Counted from the stretch's first letter, positions 52,021 through 64,000 are shown. The stretch: DNA of 64,000 nucleotides from Eledone cirrhosa (GCA_964016885.1 OZ024743.1:20460001-20524000), one strand, 5' to 3'. Notes: a model not told the origin generated them from the letters alone. Numbers and translations: made by a program.

Positions 52021-55000
52021 CTATTCCAGTAGAGGAGTCGATTCTTCCTCTATATCCTTTTCTCACTTCTACTCTATCATCCCTTTCTCTCCTCTGAAAG
52101 AAATCAGCTTTGTTCAGAGCTGAAAAAATATGGGTTCTGCCAGATTTAAAATGTCCAAGAAATGGTATGTCACTGCTGTGCCCCTACAATTCCATGAGGA
52201 GTTATGGGTTCATACATACAAATATATTAGATTTAAAATTGCAACAACAATGAAAAGGAAAATAAAAAAGTAACTAATGCTTATCTTATCTTTAGAGAGG
52301 TTATATTTTAACTAATGCTGGCACAAAATTTTGAATTGAGTTTTAAAATGCAAGTCAACAAGGATATTATTATGTGCATTTGAACAGTGTAGTCTACATT
52401 ATTGTAATGTACAGTCTACTAAACAACCATCTGACCTGATTACTAAATGAAAACACAACCTAACGACCTAATCTTATAAAAAGATGATAAAAAATAACAA
52501 AATTAGTATATTTATGCTAGTTTAAATACTGCAGGTAGACCACACATCACCCAATAGTCTGTATGCTGTAGTAGCACCTAGTCAACTTAAATTGTTCATT
52601 GGATCATACTCAACTTTAGTTGTTTTAGCATTAATCAGGTCAGAAATAAATATTCCTTTGGAAAGAAGGCTAATTAATCCAATTTAAGTTTTTAAGTATC
52701 TATTTTATAATTAGGAAAACATTTATAAGTAGAATTAAGTACTTTATTTATAAAAACAATCAAATACCTGCTGTCTGAAATGTTGCCGTCGCCTTCACAA
52801 ATAAAAAACATTGCTTTTAATACTATTAGTCTTAAATTATATTCAAAATACATTTTATCTCCTAATTTGTATTTCTTTTTTATATTAATCCATATTTTTT
52901 GGTGCACATATGCTTTAAGCTTTCTAATAGTGTATAATTTCATGAGTAATATACCCAATGCTTTCTTTTCCCTTTCAAGAATTGAAGAATACAAATTTGA
53001 CTTTTTTGAATGCTACTATTTATCTAGTATGTTTACAATTTCTTAGCAACCTTTAAACATATAATCTAAGGTAAAATTTAATGGTATTTATAATTTTGTG
53101 TTTTGATACTCTGGAAGAATATTTAGATATCAATTGATCATTCTAATATAACTTGGTCTTTTTTCCATGTGGAATTATATTGGCAAATTATATAGTCCCA
53201 AAGTTAGTATGTAGCAGATCGAAAATAGTGTGGGGTTATGTTATCTGCATTTATCAACAAGCATTATTTTCACTAATGAAAATCTGTAAAAATACCATGC
53301 TTGTGCAGGTTATGCCAGTATTCTCAAAAGAACTGCAATAACTGTAAATTATTTAAGGAGCTTAAGAAGTTTGTGTAGATTTAATCACTGGTGCTGCAAT
53401 TATTGGAATATGGTAAAGCTTTCTTTATTCAGTTTCTTGAAACTGATTAGATTTAAAAGTATTAAGTTAACATCTAAATATTTCAATATATTTATTTTTG
53501 TGGTAAACTGGTTCTATAAGATTGCAAATAAGACTGTTCTAAATAAATAAATTTCAATATAGTTTATTTTAGAATTTGAAAACAATATATTTGAAGGTTG
53601 TGTTTCATATATCAAGTTATTAAGTGAGTACAGTACAATTATTTTGACATGGAACTTTGAAATTGTTATGATTCCTCTTGTGAATTACATAAGGAACTTT
53701 GTATTGTTTAACTGAGAAAGTTTTGAAATTAGACTTTATTTCTAAGCTGAAAACTAAATATCAAAAAGAATGTCTACTCTTTTTGTTGCTCTAGTGTAAT
53801 ATTTTAGCATGTCACTTGTTCCCTTCAGTGATTTTAATGGTTTTCTATTCGTCTCTTGATTCATTTTTCTGGAGTGGAGTTCACATGGTCTAACTATGAA
53901 TAAGTCATGGCCTTATTAGTTCAAATCAAGATTTACTTAATTTATTCAATAGATCGGTATTCAGTCCTATCAGATGGGATTTAGAAACCAAAACTATTAA
54001 TGAATTAATAAATTTAGAAGAACTAATCAAAGAAGGTCTTTAGTTTGATAGTATTATGGAATGAAGACAATTAACATACCATGATTATGATGCCAAACAT
54101 TAAATCATGAACCATTCTTCAATTGATAATTTTAAATTTGCCATTTCATCTTATACACTATGCTTTGATTCTGTTTAGCACAAGGCCATGTGGAGCTATG
54201 ATCAGAGGCATTCCTGATATCATCACTTCATCATTTTTCAAGCATTTTGCATTTACAATACTCTATATATATGATTGCATTTTTGTGGTGAAGGCTTTAT
54301 GTTATATAATTATCTCATATAATATCGAATCTACAAGATTTTGATGCTATTTATGTTGAAAACAAAACCTTAACAAAAGTACAAGCAGCCTGTTAAGGCT
54401 GGTTTGAACAGGAAAAGGTGAGAGAATTCTGGCCAGATACGGCTGGTTTAAATGGTAAAGAAAAAAACAAAGCAGTAGGGTGTAATAGGAGGAGGGTTTA
54501 GCTATTTGGAGTAAATCGGCTGATTGTAAGGTTCCCTTCGTTCATTTGATGTTTATTTAATGTTAAAGGTTATATCAACATTGATTTTGAAACATTATCT
54601 CTATTATTCATTATCTGCATTAATGAGAAATGGTGCAACATGTTCACAAACTATCTGTCTTTGGCCATTAGAATTTTCTCTACTACACAACTTTATCTAA
54701 TCTGTAAATTTTCTGAATGAGCAATTAAATACAACTAAATAAATGTTAGGTTTAAAGATCTGCATGTTGATAAGTAATTTCATTTAAAATGCATCACAGC
54801 TCTGAAACCTTTCTTGAAATTCATGAATAATTCAACTGTTGTTATTGACAACAGAGTAATTTTGTTATATTGATTAATCTTTTCTGATTTTTATATTGTT
54901 GTCAATGATATTCTATTGGATGTTTCTGTAGAATTACTAGTTTTGCTTTGAAATGTTTAGAATGGTTTCATTGTTGTTGAAAAGAAAAAATATATATCAG

Positions 55001-55462
55001 AGAAGATAATATTTATAATTCATTGAAGTATAGAACATGCCAAAAATCTGTTGTTTCTGCTTTGTGATATATATTGCTGCATAGGTACTATGTTATTTTC
55101 ATGTGTAGTTTTCAATCTGCTCGCCATGCATTTAAACACAAGTAACCTTTCTGATATTCATTTTGCTTTTCAAAATGAAATGCTCAGTAACAGTATTTAC
55201 TTATTGGTTTTAGCAATTTGACTGTGACCATGCTAGGATATTATCATAATACTTGAAATGCTCATAAAGGTCAAAACTCATTAAGGTCACAATTTGTATT
55301 GAATTCTTAAAGCTAAATGAAATAAAAATTGATATCAATATCCTCTGATAAATCTTTCAAAGCTATCTTGCATATCTCTATATATTTCTCAATATCTGGT
55401 TAACTCTTGACTTCTATTAATATTACAATTTATCGAAGGATTTATTTTTATCATTAGTAAGA

Positions 55463-55645
55463 AGGGCGGTGCATAGGTAGTGCCAGTAGTGCATCAGACA
55501 ACATGCTTTGCAGCATAGGGTTATGACTTTTTACATTCTGAGTTCAAATCCTGCTGAGGTTAGCTTTGCCTTTCAGCCTTATATGTTCAAGCACCAGTAA
55601 TGCACTAGGGTAAATTTAGTCGACTTTCCCCTCCCCAAAGTTGTT
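55463..55645 (+). mobile_element. SINE family 1, old copy
   Basis: B box, gcctttca..ctta, caccagtaatgcact. Confidence 0.7.
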
Positions 55646-55713
55646 ACTAAGAAGGATAATCCAAATACAAATTGTAGATTTACATAGACTGGTGAAACTG
55701 ATGCAGTATATGT

Positions 55714-55964
55714 TTAACTTCTTTGACACCAAACTGCTTGAAACTGTCCTTAGTTCTATGATACAAAACTGTTTGCTTTAAACTATATATATTTATTCAA
55801 AAACCTTCTAACATAATTTTATATAAGAACTGATATTAAGTTCCAAACTCTTGCTTAATATTGAGAAAGTTATATTACTAAATCTCTCCAAAGTCTTCGT
55901 CATTTTCAAATGATTTGAAACTAGGCAGTGTCTTTCATTAGAAATATGGTAATGAAAGTGTTAA
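55714..55964 (-). mobile_element. TTAA MITE, best-preserved copy
   Basis: TTAA at 55714-55717 and 55961-55964, with imperfect TIRs cttctttgacacca and tggtaatgaaagtg. Confidence 0.65.
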
Positions 55965-56649
55965 CTTGAATTTTTATAGATCATTGTTAGTAAGGAAAAC
56001 GTAGATAAGGAATGGTGAGTTTCAGAGTGTTGTAGTTCGAATGATGATAAGTGTTTAATAAATGGGTAGGGATAGTTGAGATTTTGTAAAAATGAGAAAA
56101 TGAATTAGCTTGTCTATGCAGATTGTACACGGCTTGCAAGAGAAACAGGAACTATTGTAGTAGTTGGAGGAAAGACAGAGAAAAGATAGGCAGGCTAATG
56201 TTTGTCCCATTATTTGTGAATTATTAATTTACTATCAATTCAATGGCTTTTTTGGCTGGCTTTTCTGGATGTGTTTTACCATTATTTTATTTTTTACTTT
56301 TGTTGCTTTGTCTAGTACCTACTTTGTTGTAGTTGTGAGAAATATATAACTAATACTTCAATGTTGATTGGTCATGTTTTTGTAGAAAGTCAGCACCTGT
56401 TCAGAGCTTATGTATTTTATTTAAAATTCATGAATCCTTATAATGATTAATTTTGATATTCATGTGAATGTTAGAGATGTGTGTAAACAGTTTCAGTAGC
56501 TAAACATGGATCAATCAAATTCTATTAGAACTAACAAATCCTATAACATTACTTTTATTTTACCACCTCCTTCGTGTTAGAAACATCTATACTGATGTTC
56601 CATAATATCATATTAAGTAATATAGTGTAATATATATTTATATATATAA

Positions 56650-56795
56650 ATCATCATCATCATCACATGAATTTTTCCTCTCTCACATGGTTTGGATGGG
56701 TCCTTTTGAGCACAGCATCTTTCAAGTCGCTGCGTTCTTTCGTCTTCTCCTCTGTAAGTCTCAGCAATTAAAGATCAGCTCACACCACCTCTGAA
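56650..56795 (-). mobile_element. Old RTE-C-like 3' end
   Basis: Minus strand EVV*ADL*LLRLTEEKTKERSDLKDAVLKRTHP followed by an (ATG)n tail. Confidence 0.7.
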
Positions 56796-56797
56796 TG

Positions 56798-56832
<35 letters not shown>

Positions 56833-57309
56833 TATTACACTCACACAAAAGCATGCTCACACACATACTTGTGCATTTTGTTGCCCAGTGGGTAGCTGGC
56901 AAGGAGGAGAAATGCTTATGTTTGTTCATTCCACGTTTCGTTTTTTTCTGATTTGCAACTTTACTACGTATTACTAATGCAACATTACTCATTCCTTCTT
57001 TGGTTAACTAACTGTATATTTACCTGTGTGACAACTCGCCTGTTTCCAGTCATAAGACTTTTTATTATTTGTTTACATACTTAATTTACTGCTGCAGTTG
57101 AAAGCCATTCCATTGTACCCCTCTGTTTCTATTTTGCTATGTTATTTCATAAGCACCTATCCAGTGGCTTGTTTAAGTTATCATTCAATCTAAGCTCAAT
57201 ATTTTGCAATCTCATGCATTTGTATAGGATTCTATTGCCTGTGAATAGCTGGCAAAAGGCAAGAATGCTTTTGTTCATTCTTACCACACATATCATTTTT
57301 TTTTTCAAC

Positions 57310-57311
<2 letters not shown>

Positions 57312-57369
<58 letters not shown>

Positions 57370-57419
57370 TGCGTGTGTGTGTGTGTGTGTTTATATATAT
57401 ATATACATATATATATATT
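57312..57419. repeat. (TG)n plus (TA)n microsatellite
   Basis: Visible directly. Confidence 0.95.
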
Positions 57420-57467
57420 ATAAAATAACAGGAGGCTGGACTGGTGTACATCCTTGGAAGGTTTATT

Positions 57468-57525
57468 ATACTATGATCACTTCAATAACCGGGTTCAGTA
57501 TGAATCCGGTGATATCATCAGGTAT
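57468..57525 (-). ncRNA. Minimal hammerhead motif in a ~210-bp solo pLTR-like insert (57420-57630)
   Basis: ATAC-CTGATGA-long stem II (ACCGGATTCA/TGAACCCGGT)-GAAG-TGATCA-TA-GTAT, then AATAAA; one core deviation (GAAG for GAAA); (TA)n on both sides. Confidence 0.6.
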
Positions 57526-57626
57526 TCGAAATATAACAAAGGAATATAACATAAAATCCATGGGGCTGAAAATCAGAGATAAGAGGACGACCGACTATTT
57601 GGCAGCTTCTACCTCAGCCAGTCGCC

Positions 57627-57687
<61 letters not shown>

Positions 57688-57875
57688 GGATACTATTTAT
57701 GGTTATGTATATATTAAACTTTTTTATAGTTATGTACATTTTAAACCTTAAACAGTGAAGGTCAGTAATTTATTACTACCTTATTACCAGTAAGATAAAT
57801 AGCTCAACATCAGTTGTTCTACAGAGCAGTTATATAGAATTCACAAGAATCAAAGCTATGTTCAAAGCATTTATT

Positions 57876-57923
57876 CACTTGCAATTGTTTCATCCAAACC
57901 TAGGCTTGGAGTCTTCGGAGCAT
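57876..57923 (-). ncRNA. Degenerate minimal hammerhead motif (left arm)
   Basis: CCGAAGA-C-TCCAAGC-CTAG-GTTTGGA-T-GAAA-CAATTG-CA; deviates at CUGA (CCGA) and at the cleavage-site U. Confidence 0.5.
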
Positions 57924-57977
57924 TTTTCAATGTTTGCACATATAATTGACCTCCTTTCCGACTCAAGAGACATACAG

Positions 57978-58013
<36 letters not shown>

Positions 58014-58680
58014 ATGTACAGTGGAGTGACATATATTACACTATACTATTTTTATACAGCAATTCAAATTCAAGAACAAAATCAAAATTAAAATTAAAAT
58101 ACATTCGGCAGATAACACAGATAATGCAGGAGGATAGTTTGATAGTCAGATCTAGTAGGTAGTGTATGCATTAGTTACACATGGAGCATGCAAGTGTGTC
58201 TCATTTTTATACGATTATTGTGTGGCAGGGTGTTAAATGTAATGCAAGCACTTTAAGCGGGTAAGCAAGAATATTATGGTGGTTGTAGTGATAGGGTATT
58301 TTTAAAAATACTAAAAATACCCTACCATAATACTCTTGCTTACCCGCTTAAAGTGCTTGCATTACATGTAACACCTTGCCACACAATAATCATATAAAAA
58401 TGAGACACACTTGCATGCTCCATGTGTAACTAACGCATACACTACCTACTAGATCTGACTATCAAACTATCCTCCTGCATTATCTGTGTTATCTGCCGAA
58501 TGTATTTTAATTTCGATTTTTATTTTAATTTTGATTTTTATTTTGTTCTTGAATTTGAATTGCTGTACAAAAATAGTATAGTGTAATATATGTCACTCCA
58601 CTGTACATCAATATATATATATGTATCTGTATGTCTCTTGCGTCGGAAAGGAGGTCAATTATATGTGCAAACATTGAAAA

Positions 58681-58727
58681 ATGCTCCGAAGACTCCAAGC
58701 CTAGGTTTGGATGAACAATTGTAAGTG
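58681..58727 (+). ncRNA. Degenerate minimal hammerhead motif (right arm)
   Basis: CCGAAGA-7-bp stem II-GAA-CAATTG-TA; has lost one A of GAAA; AATAAA at 58728-58733. Confidence 0.5.
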
Positions 58728-58832
58728 AATAAATGCTTTGAACATAGCTTTGATTCTTGTGAATTCTCTCTCTTTATATATATATATTTATATATATATA
58801 TATTTATTTATATATAAGATCAAAAGATGGTT

Positions 58833-60431
58833 TAACTAGCTAATTTCTTTGATGTATCTCTTAATCTTGATGTATCTCTTACCCTTACCATAAAAACAAT
58901 GAGAACCTAAATTATGTTAATTTTAGATCTAACCACCCCACTAATATTAAGAATGCTATAGTTAGTAATATTGGAAAAAGAATATCTAATCTATCTTCTA
59001 ATAAAAATATCTTTGATGCTAACGCCAATTACTATAATAACGCGCTTTCTAAAGCCGATTATTCTGATAAAATCAAATATAGTAAAGAAACAAATTCTAG
59101 AAGATCTTACAGTAGAATAATTAATCATGATCATTCCAATAACTTTAATAAAAGACCTAGATACAAAAACATAATCTAGTATAATGCTCCTTTCTCCATC
59201 TCTATTAATAATAATATTCCTAAATTATTCTTTAGTGCCTTAAATAAATGCTTCCCTCCCTCACATATCTATAGTAAAATATTTAACAAACACACTATAA
59301 CATTTTCCTATTCGACATCCTCCAACATTTCCAACATTATCTCTAAACACAACAATAAAATACTAAATACTAAATCTCTTCCTTCCAACACTGAATATCA
59401 TAATAATAGTAATTGTTTCTACTTTAGGCACAAGGCCAGCAATTATCCAGTGCATTACTGGTACTTTATTTTATCGACCCCGTAAGGATGAAAGGCAAAT
59501 CCCGACGTCATTGTAAACGCCAGGCTAATTTCTGCAAACCCAAATACAACGTCAAACACAACTTTGCTAAATGTTCTTAATCCCATTCTAAATCAAGAAA
59601 CTATTATTCCTATCGCAAATAACTTCTCCAAATCCAATTCCTTCTATAGATAACACTAGGTCACTCGTTAATAATCCCTCTAATCGCAATTGCAATTGCC
59701 CTGTTAAAAATAAATGTCCTCTCAACAACCATTGTCTTGATAAAAACTTAATCTACGAATGTAAAGTTATAACTGACACCAATTCCTTCACCTATTTTGG
59801 CTCCACTTCCACCTCCTTTAAAGCTCGTCTTTATAATCATCATTCGTCTTTTAAATACCAACTTAAAAGAACCAACACGGCTCTCTCAGAACTCATATGG
59901 TCCTTGAAAGACAAAAATATTAAATATAACATCTCTTGGAAAAAAGTTTCTTCTGCTTCTCCATACTTGAACAGTTCTCTATCCAAGACTTGCAATCTCT
60001 GTCTAAATGAAAAATTTACCATTATATCTAATTTAGATTCTATAATAAATAGACGCACTGACTTGTTTTCTCTCTGCTTGCATAAATTCCACAGAACATT
60101 CCATAAAGTATACAGCTAATATCCAATACTTTATCAATTTAGAATCCTTTTCTCAAAGGCACATATATAAATATATACTTCTTTAAAAATATACCCATCT
60201 TTCTACCTTATTTCAAAGTTATTTATTATACATTATATAATACTTGTTACTCATTCTATATCAGTCCTATTTATCACTTCCCTTTCTTCCTTTTCCTTTT
60301 CTTTTCTTTTTCTTTTAATTTCTAACCCCTAATCTGTACCTTTTCTCACTGTGCCTAACATAGAAACAATTATTACACAATACAATATATTCTTACCTTA
60401 TATCACCTTGAAAAAATCCTTCGTAAACATA
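58833..60431 (+). mobile_element. Penelope-like retroelement (Naiad-like), copy 2
   Basis: Reverse-complement match to 1058-2840; GIY-YIG coding region ~59680-60119; SINE fragment at 59411-59499; cut off on the right by RTE-A2. Confidence 0.88.
59411..59499 (-). mobile_element. SINE family 1, 5'-truncated, inserted in PLE copy 2
   Basis: Absent from the homologous site of PLE copy 1 (~2040-2055). Confidence 0.85.
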
Positions 60432-60435
60432 CACA

Positions 60436-61873
60436 TGTGAAAGCGGTACAAGCCATGTATAGGGGAGCAGTCAGCAAAGTTAGGATTAGCAATGAGTAAT
60501 GCGAGGAATTTAGCATACAGGTTGGGGTCCACCAGGGCTCTGTTCTTAGCCCCTCCTGTTCATCATAGTCCTGCAGGCAATAACGGAGGAGTTTAAGACC
60601 GGATGCCCATGGGAACTCCTGTATGCTGATGACCTCGCACTCATAGCTGAATCTATGGTAGAACTAGAGAATAAATTCCAAACTTGGAAGCAGGGACTAG
60701 AAAGAAAGTGTCTCAAAGTCAACATGACAAAGACTAAGGTCCTTATAAGTAGATGAGAAAACAGAACCCAGATCCCCTCAGGGAAATGGCCTTGCTCAGT
60801 ATGTAGGAAAGGTGTAGGTAGGAACTCCATTCTCTGCCCCAAATGCAAACAATGGGTACACAAGAGATGTAGCGGGATCTCAGGAAGCTTAATTAAGAAT
60901 GTAGGCTTCACATGCAGCAGTTGTGCTGGGACAGCAAGCAGCAGACAGCCTCAGGAAACAAGTACCACCAATCTCTGGGAGGGCTCTGTAGAAACAGTAG
61001 ACAGCTTCTGCTACCTAGGTGACTGAATTAGCAGCGGAGGTGGGTGTTCAGAAAGTACAATAACTAGGGTAAGAACGGGATGGAAGAAGTTCAGGGAACT
61101 ACTACCACTGCTAGCTGCAAAAGGCTTCTCCCTCAGAATGAAAGGCAGACTGTATGATGCGTGTATCCGAACAGCAATGTTGCATGGTAGTGAGACCTGG
61201 GCGCTGAAGGTGGAAGTCTTACGTAGATTAGAGAGAAACGAAGCCTGCATGCTCCGATGGATGTGTAACAGTAATATACGTGAACGACAAAGCATAAATG
61301 AATTTAGAGAGAGACTGAGCATAAGAGGAATCAAATGCTGTGTGCAGAAGAGGCGGTTGCGCTGGTATGGACATGTGATGCGTATGAAGGATGACAGCTG
61401 CATAAAAAGGTGCAGAGCACTAGAAGTCGATGGAAACCGCGGAGTGATAAAAGTGGGATGAGGTGATAAAAGCCGACCTTACCCAATTACACCTCTCAAA
61501 GGCAATGACACACAACCGTGACCTCTGGCGTCACACAGTAATACAGAGTTCCCGACCTCCCATGGGTACAAGCTGAAGCATATAGACAATATGCCCCCCC
61601 CCACACCTCCCACCGCAAGGTGGTCGTGGAGGTGCCACGGCAAAAAAGCACCCAGCCCACACTGTAAGGTGGACGTGTAGGCGCCACAAAAAAGCACCCA
61701 GCACTCACTGTAAATGAGGTTGATGTTAGGAAGGGCATCCAGCTGTAGAAATCAAGCCAAATCAGTTCCTGTATGAGCAAGGCATGGTCAGCCGACCAGA
61801 CACTGCACACAACAGGACAACCCGTCTAACCCATGCTAGCGTGGAACGGACGTAAAATGGTGATGATGATGAT
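60436..61873 (+). mobile_element. RTE family A, 5'-truncated and decayed (copy A2)
   Basis: Reverse-complement match to 6772-8228; in-frame stops; same 3' UTR and (TGA)n tail. Confidence 0.93.
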
Positions 61874-61878
61874 ATATA

Positions 61879-62218
61879 TCATTTTCATCATTTCATTTTA
61901 CGTCCGCTTTTCCCTGCTTGCAAGGGTGGGACGGGAACTGATTCTGGCTTGATTTCTACAGCTGGATGCCCATCCTAACACTAACCTCATTTATAGTGAG
62001 TGCTGGGTGCTTTTTTCCGTGGCGCCTACACGTCCACTTTGCAGTGAAATGATAGGGACCCCAGTCCCTATCATCTCATTTCTACAGCTGAGTAAACTGG
62101 AGCAATGTGAAATAAAGTGTCTTGCTCAAGGAAACAACACATCACCCGGTCTGAGAATTGAACTCACAAACTTTCGATTGCATGGCCAAATGCTCTAACC
62201 ACTAAGCCATGTGGCTCC
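61879..62218 (-). mobile_element. SINE family 2, full length, RTE-C tail; tail-to-tail with A2
   Basis: Head matches 33759-33930; tail matches 4684-4722. Confidence 0.9.
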
Positions 62219-62685
62219 ATATATATATATTAGCGGGAATCGTTTTCTGCTCAGGAATTAACGAAAATCAATGTCCGATATGTGTGGCAAGCGCTCGATG
62301 AATCAGAGCTACAACATACGTTAAGGGCCAAACACACTGAGATGATGGTTAAACATATCATCCGCACAGCCAAAACAAAACGACCAAGTAATTCGGGTCA
62401 AACAATAAAAATATGTGTTGATACTTTCCCGGACTCTGGACTGATGGTAAAATCCAGTATTGGTTTCTGCGACTCCAAAATCAGGTACTGTCCGCCTACA
62501 TAAAGAATGTTGCGCTTCTGGTGAGATGATGAACAAGGAAGTCGTGTTATCAACGGGTTTTGCTCCAAGATGCTATAAATAGTGTGGCTATTACTGACCC
62601 CTCGTGGGATTCAGCAAGGGAGGTAACACCTCTATTAAGCGAATGATTCAGTTGTGTATTATTGCGAGAATGCAAAATATCACAA

Positions 62686-62732
<47 letters not shown>

Positions 62733-62754
62733 ATATATATATATATATATATAT

Positions 62755-63420
62755 TTATTAGAAAGAGAGGTTTTTTTTACAAATTGAAAAATAACCGAGG
62801 TGTCCTACACGAGTGAAAGTATAAAGAAAAAGAGATGAAATCGAAAATGCAACTGGAGTCTTATGTTTTTAAAAAATATATATATTTATTTGGTTCATTT
62901 ACCGGTTTCGCAGTTCTTCTGCTTTATAAAAGGTGAGTTGAGATGGAGGGTCTGTGGTTTTTCTCTCATCTGGTTGGTCTCTGAATGTTACTTGTTTTAT
63001 ATGAAAAAAGTGGCTCGAAATGCCAGGTTTTTTGAGAAGTAATTTGATTGGTTTGTCAATAATTATAATAGATTTCGCGCCAGTTCGCGTTACAATAGTT
63101 CTTAAAATAAGAGGGGGGGGGGAGGTTGTCACAGGTTGTATTTTCATATATGGGTGTTTGAATTTCTTTTTACTTGAAAAAAAGGGGCTCACGAAGGCTT
63201 TTTTTGGTTGGTTATAAATGAAATTATGGCTGTCTCGTGAACAAGTTTTCATTAAATTTCCGTGCCCTTATTTGGAAATCCATTCTGTAGCCTTTTTAGA
63301 GAATTTTATGATAATGGTCAAGAGAAAGGGATGGGAGAATTGTTCTGGTTCAGTGAATATTGTTAGTTCGCTGGGGTGTCAGAATTCAGATTTTCTATTG
63401 AATAAAGACAGTAAAGATAT
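62755..63420 (-). mobile_element. Probable decayed PLE 3' end with a hammerhead remnant (62895-62936)
   Basis: Minus strand TTTATAA-A-GCAG-AAGAA-CTGC-GAAA-CCGG-TA then AATAAA; bounded by microsatellites. Confidence 0.4.
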
Positions 63421-63431
63421 GTATGTTTATG

Positions 63432-63466
<35 letters not shown>

Positions 63467-63518
63467 TGTGTGTGTGTTTGAATTTCTTTACTTATATATA
63501 TATATATATCTATATATC

Positions 63519-63556
<38 letters not shown>

Positions 63557-63614
63557 TATATATATTTATATATTTATATTTATATATATGTATTTATATA
63601 TATATATATGTATT

Positions 63615-63652
<38 letters not shown>

Positions 63653-63858
63653 TATATATTTATATATATATATTTATATATTTATATATATATATTTATA
63701 TATATATATATATTATATATATTTATATATATTTATATATATATTATATATATATATATATTATATATTATATATATATATATTTATATATATTTATATA
63801 TATATTATATATATATATATATATTATATATTATATATATATATTTATATATATATAA
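63421..63858. repeat. (TG)n and imperfect (TA)n microsatellite
   Basis: Visible directly. Confidence 0.97.
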
Positions 63859-64000
63859 GTTGAAAAAAAAAATGAAAACGAAATTTCATTTCTCACTCTT
63901 AGTATGGCACTTACTTAAATGTAAGTATGTATGTATACGTACATACATATATGTATACAGACGTACAGTAGCATGCATATATATATATATATACATATAT

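Larger units (their letters stand above)
57836..58767. repeat. 932-bp DNA palindrome (head-to-head pLTR-like arms)
   Basis: 57836-58304 is the reverse complement of 58312-58767, with about ten substitutions and a few indels; 7-nt centre. Confidence 0.95.

Noticed and set aside
57836-58767. Assembly fold-back artefact as the explanation for the large palindrome
   Set aside because: The arms differ by substitutions (including CpG transitions), indels and microsatellite length, which implies real divergence; long-read confirmation is still advisable.
62400-62580. GIY-YIG motif in a minus frame (IYSI...LYVG)
   Set aside because: The spacing is too long and the downstream Arg, His and Glu motifs are absent.

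Overview
AT-rich eukaryotic DNA that looks intergenic or intronic. A coleoid cephalopod such as an octopus is my inference from the SINE types and the kilobase-scale (TA)n arrays. I cannot support any host gene: every recognisable coding sequence belongs to a retroelement. The window holds (i) a nest of RTE-clade LINE copies from three related families (here A, B, C) plus a SINE, packed between (TA)n arrays at 3.9-17 kb, with another A copy at 60.4-61.9 kb; (ii) two decayed copies of one Penelope-like element (PLE) with a C-terminal GIY-YIG endonuclease of the Naiad type, at 1.1-2.9 kb (minus) and 58.8-60.4 kb (plus); (iii) two tRNA-derived SINE families; (iv) old LINE remnants, a non-autonomous Helitron, a pogo/Tigger-like MITE and a TTAA-flanked MITE family. 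Most notable: two unrelated non-coding DNA palindromes (3018-3299 and 57836-58767) each carry a minimal hammerhead-ribozyme (HHR) motif plus AATAAA in both arms facing outward, and each lies just upstream of a 5'-truncated copy of the same PLE. Four further HHR-like motifs occur elsewhere. The RTE proteins also have a C4HC3 PHD finger inserted inside the reverse transcriptase, and 3' modules appear to have been exchanged between the SINE and the RTE LINEs. All alignments and RNA folds were done by eye, so element boundaries are approximate.
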